A stretch of DNA of 64,000 nucleotides from assembly GCA_902628375.1 (NCBI GenBank), contig CACOMS010000006.1, positions 5,200 to 69,199 on the forward strand. Reading direction: 5' to 3'. Position numbers and translations under genes: made by a program. This DNA is from an uncultured SAR86 cluster bacterium (lineage in GTDB: Bacteria; Pseudomonadota; Gammaproteobacteria; Magnimaribacterales; Magnimaribacteraceae). Below the pieces are notes generated by a model. The model searched no databases and was not told the origin of the DNA. It saw only the letters and a list, made by a program, of their open reading frames with translations. Below, in pieces: positions 63,715 to 64,000 of the stretch; within the stretch, counting starts at the first letter, position 1; the number at the start of each line of letters is the position of its first letter.

Positions 63715-64000
63715 TTAATCGTAGAAAAAACTTCTCCTATTTGCTCGCTGATGACTAAATCAGCAATATGGTCAAAGTCAGTTGGTTGATTATTGATTAT
63801 TACTAGCTTTGCACCAACTTCTTTTGCTAGCTGAGGGAATCCAGCAGCTGGAAATACTACCAAGGAAGTTCCAATTGAAACAAATAGTTCACAGGTTAGA
63901 GTCTTCTCTTGAGCTATTCTCATTTCTTCCTCAGGCATTGGTTGCCCAAAAGATATCGTGGCAGTTTTAATTAACCCGCCGCAATCATTACAAGTTGGTG
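63711..64000 (-). CDS. cobB: NAD-dependent protein deacylase (Sir2 family), truncated by the window edge
   Basis: My own translation upstream of the ORF-track Met continues in frame to the edge: 'PTCNDCGGLIKTATISFGQPMPEEEM...FVSIGTSLVVFPAAGF...VIINNQPT'; 4-nt convergent overlap with the ADH gene. Confidence 0.75.
   Translation of the reverse strand, partial: PTCNDCGGLIKTATISFGQPMPEEEMRIAQEKTLTCELFVSIGTSLVVFPAAGFPQLAKEVGAKLVIINNQPTDFDHIADLVISEQIGEVFSTIN

Noticed and set aside
1-64000. Search for a prophage, integrative element, toxin-antitoxin pair, restriction-modification or other defence island
   Set aside because: I saw no integrase, transposase, tRNA attachment site, flanking direct repeats, nuclease/helicase/methylase pairs or compositional break. 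All long ORFs have plausible metabolic, transport or housekeeping assignments.

Overview
AT-rich, very gene-dense chromosomal segment with about 64 protein-coding genes. Intergenic gaps are mostly 0-120 nt. There are many abutting or 1-, 4- and 8-nt start/stop overlaps, and five convergent gene pairs overlap at their 3' ends. Content is housekeeping plus a large catabolic/detoxification complement. Housekeeping genes: fumC, pterin-4a-carbinolamine dehydratase, guaB-guaA, apt, tadA, xthA, prc and a partial sirtuin. Transport genes: three TonB-dependent receptors, four MFS transporters, a CDF metal exporter and a MIP channel. The glutathione-transferase fold is represented five times (3 soluble GST, 1 MAPEG, 1 DsbA/kappa-like isomerase). 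Other enzymes: two family-III CoA-transferases, three acyl-CoA dehydrogenases (one gcdH-like), two paralogous amidohydrolase-2 enzymes, a haloalkane-dehalogenase-like hydrolase, SDRs, Zn-ADH/quinone reductase, an OYE flavoenzyme, and M28 and S41 peptidases. I found no rRNA, tRNA, CRISPR array, integrase/transposase, phage gene or recognisable defence gene, and no dedicated transcription factor. The picture fits a streamlined marine Gammaproteobacterium; SAR86-like is my guess and is inference only. This is not an obvious accessory island, and I cannot honestly point to a clear new multi-gene system. The most unusual items are: (1) a TonB-dependent receptor with five long His/Asp/Glu-only tracts built from intragenic DNA repeats, preceded by a small exported HxxxH/CxxC protein (17860-20451); (2) a translationally coupled phosphatase-fold / O-methyltransferase / atypical MIP channel / mini-membrane-protein operon (12273-14890); (3) tandem paralogous lipoproteins followed by exported CIA30-like and TauE-like proteins (38010-40360); (4) a lipoprotein amidohydrolase sandwiched between two TonB-dependent receptors (44949-52368); (5) recurrent pairing of DxH-variant amidohydrolase-2 genes with glutathione-transferase genes; (6) an adjacent acyl-CoA dehydrogenase pair lacking the canonical Y-E-G-T catalytic motif. 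All functional calls rest on motif recognition by eye; no database search was run.
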